Below are positions 17,902 through 26,075 of a stretch of DNA of 64,000 nt, piece after piece. The stretch is taken from NCBI GenBank assembly GCA_020846275.1, contig JADLEG010000250.1, positions 9,875 through 73,874 of the forward strand. Direction: 5' to 3'. The translations under genes and the position numbers were made by a program. This DNA comes from Alphaproteobacteria bacterium. GTDB taxonomy: Bacteria; Pseudomonadota; Alphaproteobacteria; JAEULC01. A model generated the notes under the pieces. The model ran no database searches. It was given only the letters and a program-made list of their open reading frames with translations, and was not told where the DNA came from. Numbering within the stretch: position 1 is the stretch's first letter; every line of letters starts with the position of its first letter.

Positions 17902-18399
17902 ATGCATGCTATGCGGGCAATCGCCTGGCCGCACTATATCGGCGACAAAGCGACCGTGCCGCCGCCGCGTCCGCGCCTGGTCTTCGCCCGCGAGGACGAA
18001 TCCCGGACCGGCAAGGGCTTATCGGAGCCGCCGCGCATCATGATCGTCGAGGACGACTTTCTGGTTGCGCTCGAGATGGAAGGCGCATTGACCCACGCCG
18101 GCTATACGGTCGTCGGCGTCGCTATCACCGCCGACGAAGCGATCGAGATGGCCAAGGCGAAGCAGCCGTCGCTTGCGGTCATGGATATCAGGCTCGCCGG
18201 AAGCCGCGACGGGGTGGATGCGGCGCTGGATCTCTACCGGCTCTACGGCATCCGGTCGATCTTCGCCTCCGCCCATGGCGACGAACACGTGCGCAAGCGC
18301 GCCCTGGGCGCGGCGCCGCTGGGCTGGCTGCCGAAGCCCTATACGATGACATCCCTGATTGCGGCCGTCCGCGCGGCGCTGAAACAGCGCGACAGCTAG
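17902..18399 (+). CDS. Single-domain response regulator (start uncertain)
   Basis: IMIVEDD, VMDIRLAG, FASAH, LPKPY. Confidence 0.88.
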   Translation: MHAMRAIAWPHYIGDKATVPPPRPRLVFAREDESRTGKGLSEPPRIMIVEDDFLVALEMEGALTHAGYTVVGVAITADEAIEMAKAKQPSLAVMDIRLAGSRDGVDAALDLYRLYGIRSIFASAHGDEHVRKRALGAAPLGWLPKPYTMTSLIAAVRAALKQRDS

Positions 18400-18400
18400 G

Positions 18401-19294
18401 CTAGCGGCTGCTCGCCCGCCGGCGCTTGGTCTGCCGCGGCGCGCTGTCGTTGGCGGCAACCCGGCCGCCGCCCTTGCCGTCCCGCGCGATGCTTCGCCGC
18501 AGGGCATCCATGATGTCGATCACCTCGGCGGTGGGCCGTTCGCGTTCCTTGCCGGTGATGATCCGCTTTCCCTTGCGCTTCTGCTCGATCAGCTCGCGGA
18601 CGGCGGTCTCGTAGTGGTCCTCGAACAGGTCGGGCTGAAACTCCGCGACCTTCTGCTCGATCAAGCGCTGGGCCAGCTCGATCTGGCCCTTGTCCGCCTT
18701 GATGTCGGTGATGGGCGCGAAATAGGCCTGCACGCCGCGAAGGTCCTCCTTGTACCGCAGCGTCTCCATCAGCATCCCCTTGCCGCAGGGCTGGATGCAG
18801 GCCAGGCGCTCGCGGCCACTGAGCACGATCTGCCCGATGCCGGCCTTGCCGGTCTTGCGCAGCGCGTCGCGAATGACGACGAAGCCCTCGATCGCGCCCT
18901 CTTCGGCGGGCGCCACATAGTATGGCGCGTTGAAGTAGAGCGGATCGATCTCCTGGCGGTCGACGAACTGGACGATATTGAAGCTGTCGGACGATTCTAG
19001 CCTCAGCGCCTTGAGCTCGTCCGGCTCGACGATGATGTAGCGGTTCTTCTCGAACTCGAATCCCTTGACGATATCGGCCGGGTCGATCTCGCCGATGCCG
19101 GGGACCGTCTTGGTATAGCGCACGCGCTCGCCGCTCGGCCGGTGGATCTGGTTGAAATGGACATCGCCGTCGCTGTCGATCGCCGTGAAGATATGGACGG
19201 GGATGGAGACCAGCGACATGCGGATCGTGCCCGCCCAGGCGGGGCGCGCGGGCGGCGTGATCTTTCCGCGCTTCTGCTTGGTGGTCCGTGGCAT
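18401..19294 (-). CDS. ku: Ku protein (NHEJ)
   Basis: WAGTIRMSLVSIPV, FNQIHRPSGERVRY, IDPLYFNAPYY, VIDIMDALRRSI. Confidence 0.95.
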   Translation of the reverse strand: MPRTTKQKRGKITPPARPAWAGTIRMSLVSIPVHIFTAIDSDGDVHFNQIHRPSGERVRYTKTVPGIGEIDPADIVKGFEFEKNRYIIVEPDELKALRLESSDSFNIVQFVDRQEIDPLYFNAPYYVAPAEEGAIEGFVVIRDALRKTGKAGIGQIVLSGRERLACIQPCGKGMLMETLRYKEDLRGVQAYFAPITDIKADKGQIELAQRLIEQKVAEFQPDLFEDHYETAVRELIEQKRKGKRIITGKERERPTAEVIDIMDALRRSIARDGKGGGRVAANDSAPRQTKRRRASSR

Positions 19295-19334
19295 ATGCAT
19301 ACCCGCGCGAGTGTCAGGATGGTCCCCCACAGCC

Positions 19335-19359
19335 AAAGCCCCAGCCCGTTCGGCGTTCC
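19335..19359 (-). promoter_or_regulatory. EcfG-type promoter variant GGAAC-N16-CTTT for ku
   Basis: One mismatch in -10. Confidence 0.5.
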
Positions 19360-19395
19360 TCTGCCCAGCGCCGGAATCGGGAGTCGCAGCGCGTC

Positions 19396-20196
19396 CTAGG
19401 CGCTGGAATGCCGGGGCGTGCGCAGCCACAGCGCCTGGTCGATCATGGCTTTCAGCTTCTCGGGCTGGAACGGCTTGGCCATGACGAAGGCCGGCTCGGG
19501 ACCCTGCCCGGTCAGCAACCGCTCCGGAAAGCCGGTGATGAAGATGATCGTCGCGTCGCCGGTCTCCAGCATTTCCTGGGATGTCGCAATGCCATCCTCG
19601 TTGCCGGCAAGGCAGATGTCGCTGAGCACGATGTCCGGCCGCTCGCGCGCGAAGCGGGCAAGCGCGGCGCTGCGGGTCGAGGCGACGCCGCGGACGTCGT
19701 GCCCCCACGACCGCGCGGACTCCGCCAGATCCATGGCGATCAGCGCGTCGTCCTCGACGATCAGAATGCGGCCGCCCGGCGCAAGCCGCATCTGGGTGCG
19801 CACGACGGAGAGACGCCGCTCGACCTCCTTGGCGTCGATGCCCAGGATCAGCCCGGCCTCGGCGGCCGAGAACCCCTCGAGGTCCATCAGCAGCAGGACC
19901 TGCCGGTCGAGTTCGGCCGTGACGTTGCCGTAGTGCCGGTCATGCGTCGCGATGCCGCCGGAGCCGAACTGGTCGGCGCCGAACGACTGGCAGACCTTGT
20001 CCCAAACATTGTGGAACGCGATGAAGAGATCCTTGCGCGGAAAAGGCGTCCGCCGCAGCCATTGCGGCTCCTGATTGATGGTTTCCAGGCAGGTTCGCAC
20101 ATAAGTATCGCCGCGCTCGGTCGTGCCGGTCAGCGCGCGGGCGTACCGCCGCAAATCCGGGATAGCCGATGCAACCTCGCGTGCGTATTGGTCCAT
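19396..20196 (-). CDS. phyR: PhyR-type regulator, copy 2
   Basis: IPDLRRYARALTG sigma-like domain; REC IVEDD, LSDICL, FITGFPERLLTG, AKPF. Confidence 0.9.
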   Translation of the reverse strand: MDQYAREVASAIPDLRRYARALTGTTERGDTYVRTCLETINQEPQWLRRTPFPRKDLFIAFHNVWDKVCQSFGADQFGSGGIATHDRHYGNVTAELDRQVLLLMDLEGFSAAEAGLILGIDAKEVERRLSVVRTQMRLAPGGRILIVEDDALIAMDLAESARSWGHDVRGVASTRSAALARFARERPDIVLSDICLAGNEDGIATSQEMLETGDATIIFITGFPERLLTGQGPEPAFVMAKPFQPEKLKAMIDQALWLRTPRHSSA

Positions 20197-20230
20197 TTTA
20201 TCCCCCAGCCCGCTGAACGACCCATCCGCC

Positions 20231-20255
20231 AACGCGACTCCGCCCCGCCGGTTCC
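20231..20255 (-). promoter_or_regulatory. EcfG-type promoter GGAAC-N16-CGTT for phyR copy 2
   Basis: Exact consensus. Confidence 0.82.
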
Positions 20256-20292
20256 TCGGCTGGAAGGGCCCGAGAAACCGGCGGTTTGCGGG

Positions 20293-20317
20293 GGAACATT
20301 GTGCCAACCCTGCCGTT
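20293..20317 (+). promoter_or_regulatory. EcfG-type promoter GGAAC-N16-CGTT
   Basis: Exact consensus, divergent from the phyR2 promoter. Confidence 0.8.
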
Positions 20318-20350
20318 AGCCTGGGTGGAACGCATCAACAGGAGACGGCA

Positions 20351-20530
20351 ATGCAACAGGAATGCTGGATGGGCGGGGAGGATGCCGAACGCCCCACCAA
20401 GGGCATGCCTCAAGGACGGCCGCCATCGGAGAAGGTCATCCGGAAGCAGGACGACGACGATATGGCAAAGGGCCGCCAACCGCCTTCCGCGCCCCGGCCG
20501 CCGCGGACCGAGCCTAATCCACAGGTCTAG
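20351..20530 (+). CDS. Small hydrophilic hypothetical protein (59 aa)
   Basis: CAGGAG RBS and exact EcfG promoter upstream. Confidence 0.55.
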   Translation: MQQECWMGGEDAERPTKGMPQGRPPSEKVIRKQDDDDMAKGRQPPSAPRPPRTEPNPQV

Positions 20531-20909
20531 ACGGCGCGGCCTGCAGGTCCGACATAGCAAGCTCGGCGATGGCGCGCGCCAGGTCGTCGACCTGGAACGG
20601 TTTCTGCAGGATCACCGATCCGACATAGGCGCCGCCCAGCGCCTTCTCGCCGTAGCCCGTCGCAAACACGAAGGGAATCTGACGGCTGCGCAGGATTTCC
20701 GCGATCGCGAAGCTGGGCTGGCCGTTCACATTCACGTCGAGAATGGCGAAGTCGATTTCCTGGCTGCGTGCCAGCTCAAGCCCTTCGGCAAGATGGGACG
20801 ATACGGCGGCGACTTCGCAGCCCAGCTCGGCCAACATATCCTCGACCAGCATGGCCACCAAAACCTCGTCCTCGACGACCAGCACGCGACGGCGACGTTC
20901 GAGCGACAT
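20514..20909 (-). CDS. Single-domain response regulator of the FATGY type (SdrG/MrrA/Sma0114-like)
   Basis: VLVVEDE, AILDVNV, PFVFATGY, LQKPF. Confidence 0.88.
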   Translation of the reverse strand: MSLERRRRVLVVEDEVLVAMLVEDMLAELGCEVAAVSSHLAEGLELARSQEIDFAILDVNVNGQPSFAIAEILRSRQIPFVFATGYGEKALGGAYVGSVILQKPFQVDDLARAIAELAMSDLQAAPSRPVD

Positions 20910-20911
20910 GG

Positions 20912-21868
20912 CTAGCCCATTTCCTCGAGTACATGTTCCAACGGCGCTTCGATCGAGCAGACGACGCCCGACGGCGGGTAGGACAGGCGCACCCGGCCCC
21001 GCAATTCGGCCGGCAGCCCGCGCTGGATCAGCCGCGACCCGAAGCCCTGGCGCGTGGGAGGCTTCACAGCGGGCCCACCGCATTCCTGCCATGCCAGCGA
21101 CATGCGCCCATCGGCGGAGGTCCAGGAAACAACCACGCGGCCGGCTTCGGTCGACAACGCCCCGTACTTGATGGCGTTGGTGCAAAGTTCGTGCAACGCC
21201 ATCGAGACGATGACCGCGCTCTTCCGGCGCAGCCGCAACGATGGCCCCTCGATTTGGAAGCGCGCATCGTTCGCCGCCAGATGAGGACGCAGGGAGGCGG
21301 TCACGATGTCGCGCAATTCCGCGCCGATCCACGTATCGTCGGTCAACACGCTGTTAATGCTGCTCAGCGCGGCGAGCCGGGCGGTCAGAGCCTGGGTGAC
21401 GGGCGCGGCGACGCCGGCGTTCTTCAGCGTCTGGGCGGCGATCGCTTGCACCATCGTCAACATGTTCTTTACACGGTGGTTCAGTTCGTGGATCAGCAGC
21501 TCGCGGTGCGCCTCCGCATCCTTGCGGTCGGTGACGTCGCGAAACACGACGCCAAGCCCGTCCCCGAGCGGAAACAGCCGGTACGCGAGCCAGCGCCCGG
21601 AAATCACGACCGAGGGCGTCTCGGCAAGCACGGGTTGCCGCGTTTCCATGGCCTGGACGAACACGCCGCCCAGCGCCGTGTTGCGGGCTCCCGGAAAAAT
21701 ATCCCACAACACCCGTCCCAGCACGCTTTCCGCCGTGCGGCCGAAGTGTCTTGCCGCTGCGCTGTTGAAGCGGGTGATCCGCCACTCGCGATCGAGCGAA
21801 TAGAATCCCTCCCCGATCCCCTCCAGGATCGTCGTAAGCTCGTTGCCGGCTGCGGCCGCGTCGGGCAT
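20912..21868 (-). CDS. PAS-HWE histidine kinase
   Basis: PAS; ELNHRVKNMLTMVQAI, HELCTNAIKYGALS, WQECGGPAV..PTRQGFGSRLI. Confidence 0.93.
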   Translation of the reverse strand: MPDAAAAGNELTTILEGIGEGFYSLDREWRITRFNSAAARHFGRTAESVLGRVLWDIFPGARNTALGGVFVQAMETRQPVLAETPSVVISGRWLAYRLFPLGDGLGVVFRDVTDRKDAEAHRELLIHELNHRVKNMLTMVQAIAAQTLKNAGVAAPVTQALTARLAALSSINSVLTDDTWIGAELRDIVTASLRPHLAANDARFQIEGPSLRLRRKSAVIVSMALHELCTNAIKYGALSTEAGRVVVSWTSADGRMSLAWQECGGPAVKPPTRQGFGSRLIQRGLPAELRGRVRLSYPPSGVVCSIEAPLEHVLEEMG

Positions 21869-21954
21869 GGCGGGAAAACTACATCCGTTCAACGCCACGC
21901 GCCACGCGGCCGGGCGGACCTCACAGGTCCGAGAGTTACTGGCCAACAGGCCGA

Positions 21955-22182
21955 TCAGCGCGCGGACTTGGGCTTGTCGAGCACCGCGGGATCTTCGCCC
22001 TTGGCGCGGGCCTTTCCCGCCGCTTCGGCCTGCTTGAGCTCCTCGTGTTCCGCGCCGTCCACGGCCGCGCGGGCAGCCTCGGCGCCCTTCTTCACCTGGC
22101 CCGACTCCACGAACTTCCGCGTCTCTTCGTTGTAGTTGCGCGCGGCCGTCCTGTTGCCTTCCCCTTCGTTGCGCTGCGTCAT
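21955..22182 (-). CDS. Small hydrophilic hypothetical stress protein (75 aa)
   Basis: AAAGGAG RBS; NEGEGNRTAARNYNEETRKFVESG..EELKQAEAAGKARAK. Confidence 0.75.
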   Translation of the reverse strand: MTQRNEGEGNRTAARNYNEETRKFVESGQVKKGAEAARAAVDGAEHEELKQAEAAGKARAKGEDPAVLDKPKSAR

Positions 22183-22254
22183 GTCAGCCACTCCTTTGCA
22201 CATACGGTTCAAATGAATTTCTTGGTGCAGGCACGCCAGAAACCTTGGCGATTC

Positions 22255-22279
22255 AAGGCGTCGGGTCTCCGCGGGTTCC
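22255..22279 (-). promoter_or_regulatory. EcfG-type promoter variant GGAAC-N16-CCTT
   Basis: Upstream of 22182; divergent from the 22296 promoter. Confidence 0.55.
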
Positions 22280-22295
22280 CATCGCAGCGGCGAAG

Positions 22296-22320
22296 GCAAC
22301 CGCGGGGATCGCGGGACGTT
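22296..22320 (+). promoter_or_regulatory. EcfG-type promoter GCAAC-N16-CGTT
   Basis: Upstream of MlaC-like copy 2. Confidence 0.7.
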
Positions 22321-22356
22321 AGGGAAGACTGGTTCATTTCTAACGGGATACGGAAC

Positions 22357-22992
22357 ATGCAATCGGCAATCCGGCACGGAGTCATGGCGGTCCTGACGGC
22401 CCTGGCCTTTCTGTCCATCCCGGCGGTATCCGCCGAGGTCATGGCCCCGGAAACCGCGAGAACCTACATGGAAGAGGTCGGCAACCGGACCGTCGACCTG
22501 ATGAAGCCATCCACGAGCCCCGGTGAACGGACCCACGGCTTCATCAAGGTCATGCTGGAAAGCCTCGATTTTGATTCGATCGGAACCGCCGCCATCGGCC
22601 GGCTCGCGCGCAGCGCGACGCCCGAGCAGAAGCGCGAATTCACGCCGCTTTTCGCCGCCTACGTGATCGACGTCGCGATCGAGAAATTCGGCAATCTGGA
22701 AATCACCAAGTTCGGGCTCGGCCGGGCGCTGCCGCAGCCGAATGGGGACGCCAAGGTCTATACGCGGATCCAGGTCGGCGAACAGCCGATGGAGGTTTAC
22801 TGGCGTGTCCATGCCACGGACAGCGGTCCGAAGGTCAACGATATCGAGGTCGCCGGCGCCAGCCTGACGATCAGCTACCGCGGCGAATTCGAGCGCGCGG
22901 GAATTGCGACCGTGCCCCAGCTCCTTGCCCGCCTCAAGGAAATCACGCGCGGCTCGAAATCCCTGCCGATCACCCAGCAGGCCTTGCGCTGA
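22357..22992 (+). CDS. MlaC/Ttg2D-like periplasmic binding protein, copy 2
   Basis: Signal peptide; LDFDSIGTAAIG..ATPEQKREFTPLF, VYWRV..KVNDIEVAGASLTISYRGEF. Confidence 0.85.
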   Translation: MQSAIRHGVMAVLTALAFLSIPAVSAEVMAPETARTYMEEVGNRTVDLMKPSTSPGERTHGFIKVMLESLDFDSIGTAAIGRLARSATPEQKREFTPLFAAYVIDVAIEKFGNLEITKFGLGRALPQPNGDAKVYTRIQVGEQPMEVYWRVHATDSGPKVNDIEVAGASLTISYRGEFERAGIATVPQLLARLKEITRGSKSLPITQQALR

Positions 22993-23014
22993 CCGCGCCC
23001 GCCCGTCAAAGGGC

Positions 23015-23039
23015 GGAACCTGCCTATCGACCTGCCGTT
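23015..23039 (+). promoter_or_regulatory. EcfG-type promoter GGAAC-N16-CGTT
   Basis: Exact consensus. Confidence 0.82.
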
Positions 23040-23075
23040 CAATAACCAGACCCCCGAAACGGCGGGAGAGAACCC

Positions 23076-23477
23076 ATGTATTCAAAGGCATACGCGCTAG
23101 CCGCCGCACTGGCGACCTTTGTTGGCGGTGCCGCCGCGGCGCAACCCTCCCAGTCGGCGTCATACGGGCAGTTCGCCGAACGCGAACTGTCAGCGCGGCC
23201 CTACTACGCGCCGGAGAACGCGGTACCGCGCGCGCTGTCGTTCTGGCCCTACATCGACTGGGATCAGCTCGGCCGGGGCTGCGACACGGCCGAGAAGGCC
23301 GACGGCACGAGCATGCATGACGCCCGCCGTCGCTTCGAGTCGGCCGGATTCGCCGACGTCCGCGACCTGCGGCGGGACTGCGACAATGTCTGGCACGGCA
23401 CTGCCCGGATCGAGCAGCGCCAGGTTCGCGTGCAACTGAAGCCCGAGGGGCCAGTCGTCCTCGAACCCGCCCCGTAG
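23076..23477 (+). CDS. Secreted PepSY-like protein with Cys pair
   Basis: GGGAGAG RBS; GCDTAEKADG..DARRRFESAGFADVRDLRRDCDNVWHGTA. Confidence 0.72.
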   Translation: MYSKAYALAAALATFVGGAAAAQPSQSASYGQFAERELSARPYYAPENAVPRALSFWPYIDWDQLGRGCDTAEKADGTSMHDARRRFESAGFADVRDLRRDCDNVWHGTARIEQRQVRVQLKPEGPVVLEPAP

Positions 23478-23485
23478 TTCGGCGC

Positions 23486-24205
23486 CTATTGCAGCGGCAG
23501 GATCGGCTGGGCCGATCCTGGCGCGTTGCGATGGCGCTGATGCTCTCGTTCATTCAACTGGTCAGCCGTCAGATTCGACAGGTCTTCCGGCGACAATTCG
23601 GGTCGCTGCAGAGGGTCCGGCGGCTGCGCGACTTGCGTCAGCGCGTTGGGTGCCGCGGCAATCGGCTGCGACGAGGAGGAACCTGGCGACACCACCGGTC
23701 GCCCGACCAATGCATCGAAGGCAGCCGTGTCGCGCGCATCGACGGTTCGGCCATCGGTCTTTCGGCCGTAGGGAACTAGGCTGACGGGCATACGCCGGTC
23801 GCCCGGTGCGACCGATGCAGGGCCGGCCCCCTGAGCCTGTGGCGGCGCGGAAACCGGATCGGGGCTTGGCAATGCCCTTGGCGGGCGGACGGGCCTGGGC
23901 GTCGCCAGGGCGGCCGGCGCGGCGCTCCCGATTGGCGCGGGCATGCTTACTACCGTGTGCGGCTCCGGGGGCGGGTGCCCCACGAGTTTAGGAGGCGTCG
24001 CCTGGTCCGTGAGCCGCTGCAGGTTCTGCATGGTCTCGGTCATGTCCCGGCTGATCCGCGGGCGACGGTCTGGTTGGTGCTCCTCGACCACCACGCGCGG
24101 CACGGGCGCTTCGCGATCATGCCCGGCGACGAAATACGCCGCGGCGAGAACCATTGCCACCCCGCCGGCGGCGACGCCGATTGCGGCAGCGCCGAACCGT
24201 CGCAT
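23486..24205 (-). CDS. Pro/Ala-rich membrane-anchored hypothetical protein
   Basis: CAGGAGG RBS; N-terminal TM; low complexity; C-terminal LSNLTADQLNERE. Confidence 0.6.
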   Translation of the reverse strand: MRRFGAAAIGVAAGGVAMVLAAAYFVAGHDREAPVPRVVVEEHQPDRRPRISRDMTETMQNLQRLTDQATPPKLVGHPPPEPHTVVSMPAPIGSAAPAALATPRPVRPPRALPSPDPVSAPPQAQGAGPASVAPGDRRMPVSLVPYGRKTDGRTVDARDTAAFDALVGRPVVSPGSSSSQPIAAAPNALTQVAQPPDPLQRPELSPEDLSNLTADQLNEREHQRHRNAPGSAQPILPLQ

Positions 24206-24256
24206 GCAGCCCTCCTGTTCCGTGCTCACCCGGTCGAGCCCGCTGTACCGGAAGGC

Positions 24257-24281
24257 AACCGCTGAGCAAATCGGAGGTTCC
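24257..24281 (-). promoter_or_regulatory. EcfG-type promoter variant GGAAC-N16-GGTT
   Basis: One mismatch, upstream of 24205. Confidence 0.5.
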
Positions 24282-24307
24282 GCCGTTCGCCTCAGCCACA
24301 CGCCGCT

Positions 24308-25420
24308 TCACGCCGAAGGCGGGCGCGCTCCCACCAAGCTGACCTTGCCGTGGGCGCGCAAACGGGCGCCGTTGCTCGACTTGAGCAGCGAACCCTGGAA
24401 TTCCATCGGCTCCAGTTCGACGCTCTCGCCATTGCCCAGGGCGCGGCCGATCGCCTCCACCACACGGATATCGGCGCGGCCGTCTGCCGCCGAGGACACC
24501 GGCTCGGCGCCGTTCAGGATGCAATCGGAGAAATGCAGCAGCAGCGGGGCGAACTGGTCCAGGGCCGGTATCGCCTTGTGCCGTCGGCCGTTCTTCCCGG
24601 CGAGATCCAGGCTGAGGCGCTTTTCGCCCTGCATGTCGTAGGCCTGGTCCAGTCGCAGTCGCCCTTTTGCGCCGAACGCCTGGTAGCTGGACACATCGGC
24701 GGCGCCGAAGCTGCAGGTGAAGCTGGCGAGCCGATCGCCCGGGAATCGCATCGAGACCTGAACCGTCTCGTCCACCTCCGCCGACCGGGCGTCCCGTCCG
24801 CGCGTCGCCGTCGCGTAGATATGCACCGGCTCGGCGCGGAATACGTGGCGCGATGCGTTGATGCAATAGATGCCGAGGTCATAGAGGGGGCCGCCCGCAA
24901 GCCCCGCCTTGGTCCGAATATTGCCGGCGCGGACCTGCTGGGCGAACTGGGAGGTGAAGAACCGCATGTCACCCAGCCGACCGCGGTGGATCAGGTCATA
25001 GGCCTCCAGGTTGCCGGGCTCGAAATGCAGGCGATAGGCCGTCATCAGCTTGGTGCCGGCACTCTCGGCCCGATCGATCATGCGCAGGCATTCCTGCTCG
25101 GTGGTCGCCAGGGGTTTGTCGCACAGGACGTGAATACCGGCCGCCAGCGCGCGGACAGCGAAGTCGCAATGCATGGCATTCGGCAGACCGATATAGACGG
25201 CGTCGACCGCACCCGATGCCAGAAGCATGTCGAAGTCGTCATATCCCGCGACGATCGGCGCGTGGTAGCGGCGTCCCAGGGCGCGCAGCTTGCGCGGCTC
25301 GCCGGACACGAGCGCGGCCAGCTCGCTGTTCTGCTTTGCGTTGGCGAAGGCCGGCAGCATCGCTGCCTGGCTGATGAAGCCCAATCCGACAACCCCGTAT
25401 CGGACCTTTCGCGTCGCCAT
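24308..25420 (-). CDS. Gfo/Idh/MocA family oxidoreductase (glucose-fructose oxidoreductase-like)
   Basis: VRYGVVGLGFI, VYIGLPNAMH, HVLCDKPLA, GGPLYDLGIYC. Confidence 0.9.
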   Translation of the reverse strand: MATRKVRYGVVGLGFISQAAMLPAFANAKQNSELAALVSGEPRKLRALGRRYHAPIVAGYDDFDMLLASGAVDAVYIGLPNAMHCDFAVRALAAGIHVLCDKPLATTEQECLRMIDRAESAGTKLMTAYRLHFEPGNLEAYDLIHRGRLGDMRFFTSQFAQQVRAGNIRTKAGLAGGPLYDLGIYCINASRHVFRAEPVHIYATATRGRDARSAEVDETVQVSMRFPGDRLASFTCSFGAADVSSYQAFGAKGRLRLDQAYDMQGEKRLSLDLAGKNGRRHKAIPALDQFAPLLLHFSDCILNGAEPVSSAADGRADIRVVEAIGRALGNGESVELEPMEFQGSLLKSSNGARLRAHGKVSLVGARPPSA

Positions 25421-25432
25421 GATCCGCTTCCC

Positions 25433-26002
25433 CTACGCCGCGCGTCCGCGAAGCGCCAAGCCGAAGGCGAGCAGGCTCCAGCCTTGGAAGGTCAGGTCGA
25501 TCGCCAGCATCAACCCCAGCACCCACAAGCTGCTGACCGGCCAGCTGGCGAACACCACGATGCCAGTCAGCAAGGTCAGCACCCCGCTGGCCGCGATCCA
25601 GCCAGCCCGCCGGTGCGACCGCGCCTTCAGCCCGACCCAAATCCGCAGGCCGCCCGCAACCACCAGCGTGCCGGCAAGCAACAGCGTCAGGAGCGCCGAC
25701 GCCAGGAGCGGGTTGAAAAAGGCTGTTAGCCCCGCAACTGCATAGAGAATGCCACTAAGGAGCCAGAAAGCGACGCTGCTCCAGCCCTTCACCTGGAAAG
25801 CGTGGATGAGCTGCCCGATGCCGGCGATCAGCATGAGGGCGCCGATGAACAGCACGGAGGCCACGGTTGCCGCAAAGAGGTTCAGGACGGCCACCAGGCC
25901 AAGTGCGATCAATCCGCCGCCCAGCACGGCAAACCAGGGCCATTTGGCCCGCAAATTTTCCGATGCCAGGGCGAGGTCGGCGAGGGGGGTAACCAAGGTC
26001 AT
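25433..26002 (-). CDS. HdeD/DUF308 family membrane protein
   Basis: W.WFAVLG..LIALG, GIGQLIHAF, SSLWVLGLMLAIDL. Confidence 0.9.
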   Translation of the reverse strand: MTLVTPLADLALASENLRAKWPWFAVLGGGLIALGLVAVLNLFAATVASVLFIGALMLIAGIGQLIHAFQVKGWSSVAFWLLSGILYAVAGLTAFFNPLLASALLTLLLAGTLVVAGGLRIWVGLKARSHRRAGWIAASGVLTLLTGIVVFASWPVSSLWVLGLMLAIDLTFQGWSLLAFGLALRGRAA

Positions 26003-26034
26003 GGCGCGTCTCTTCCGGTGGTCCGACCGATATC

Positions 26035-26059
26035 AACGCAGAAAACGGCTGTTGGTTGC
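26035..26059 (-). promoter_or_regulatory. EcfG-type promoter GCAAC-N16-CGTT
   Basis: Upstream of the hdeD-like and gfo genes. Confidence 0.7.
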
Positions 26060-26075
26060 GCCGTCAGACCCCAAG

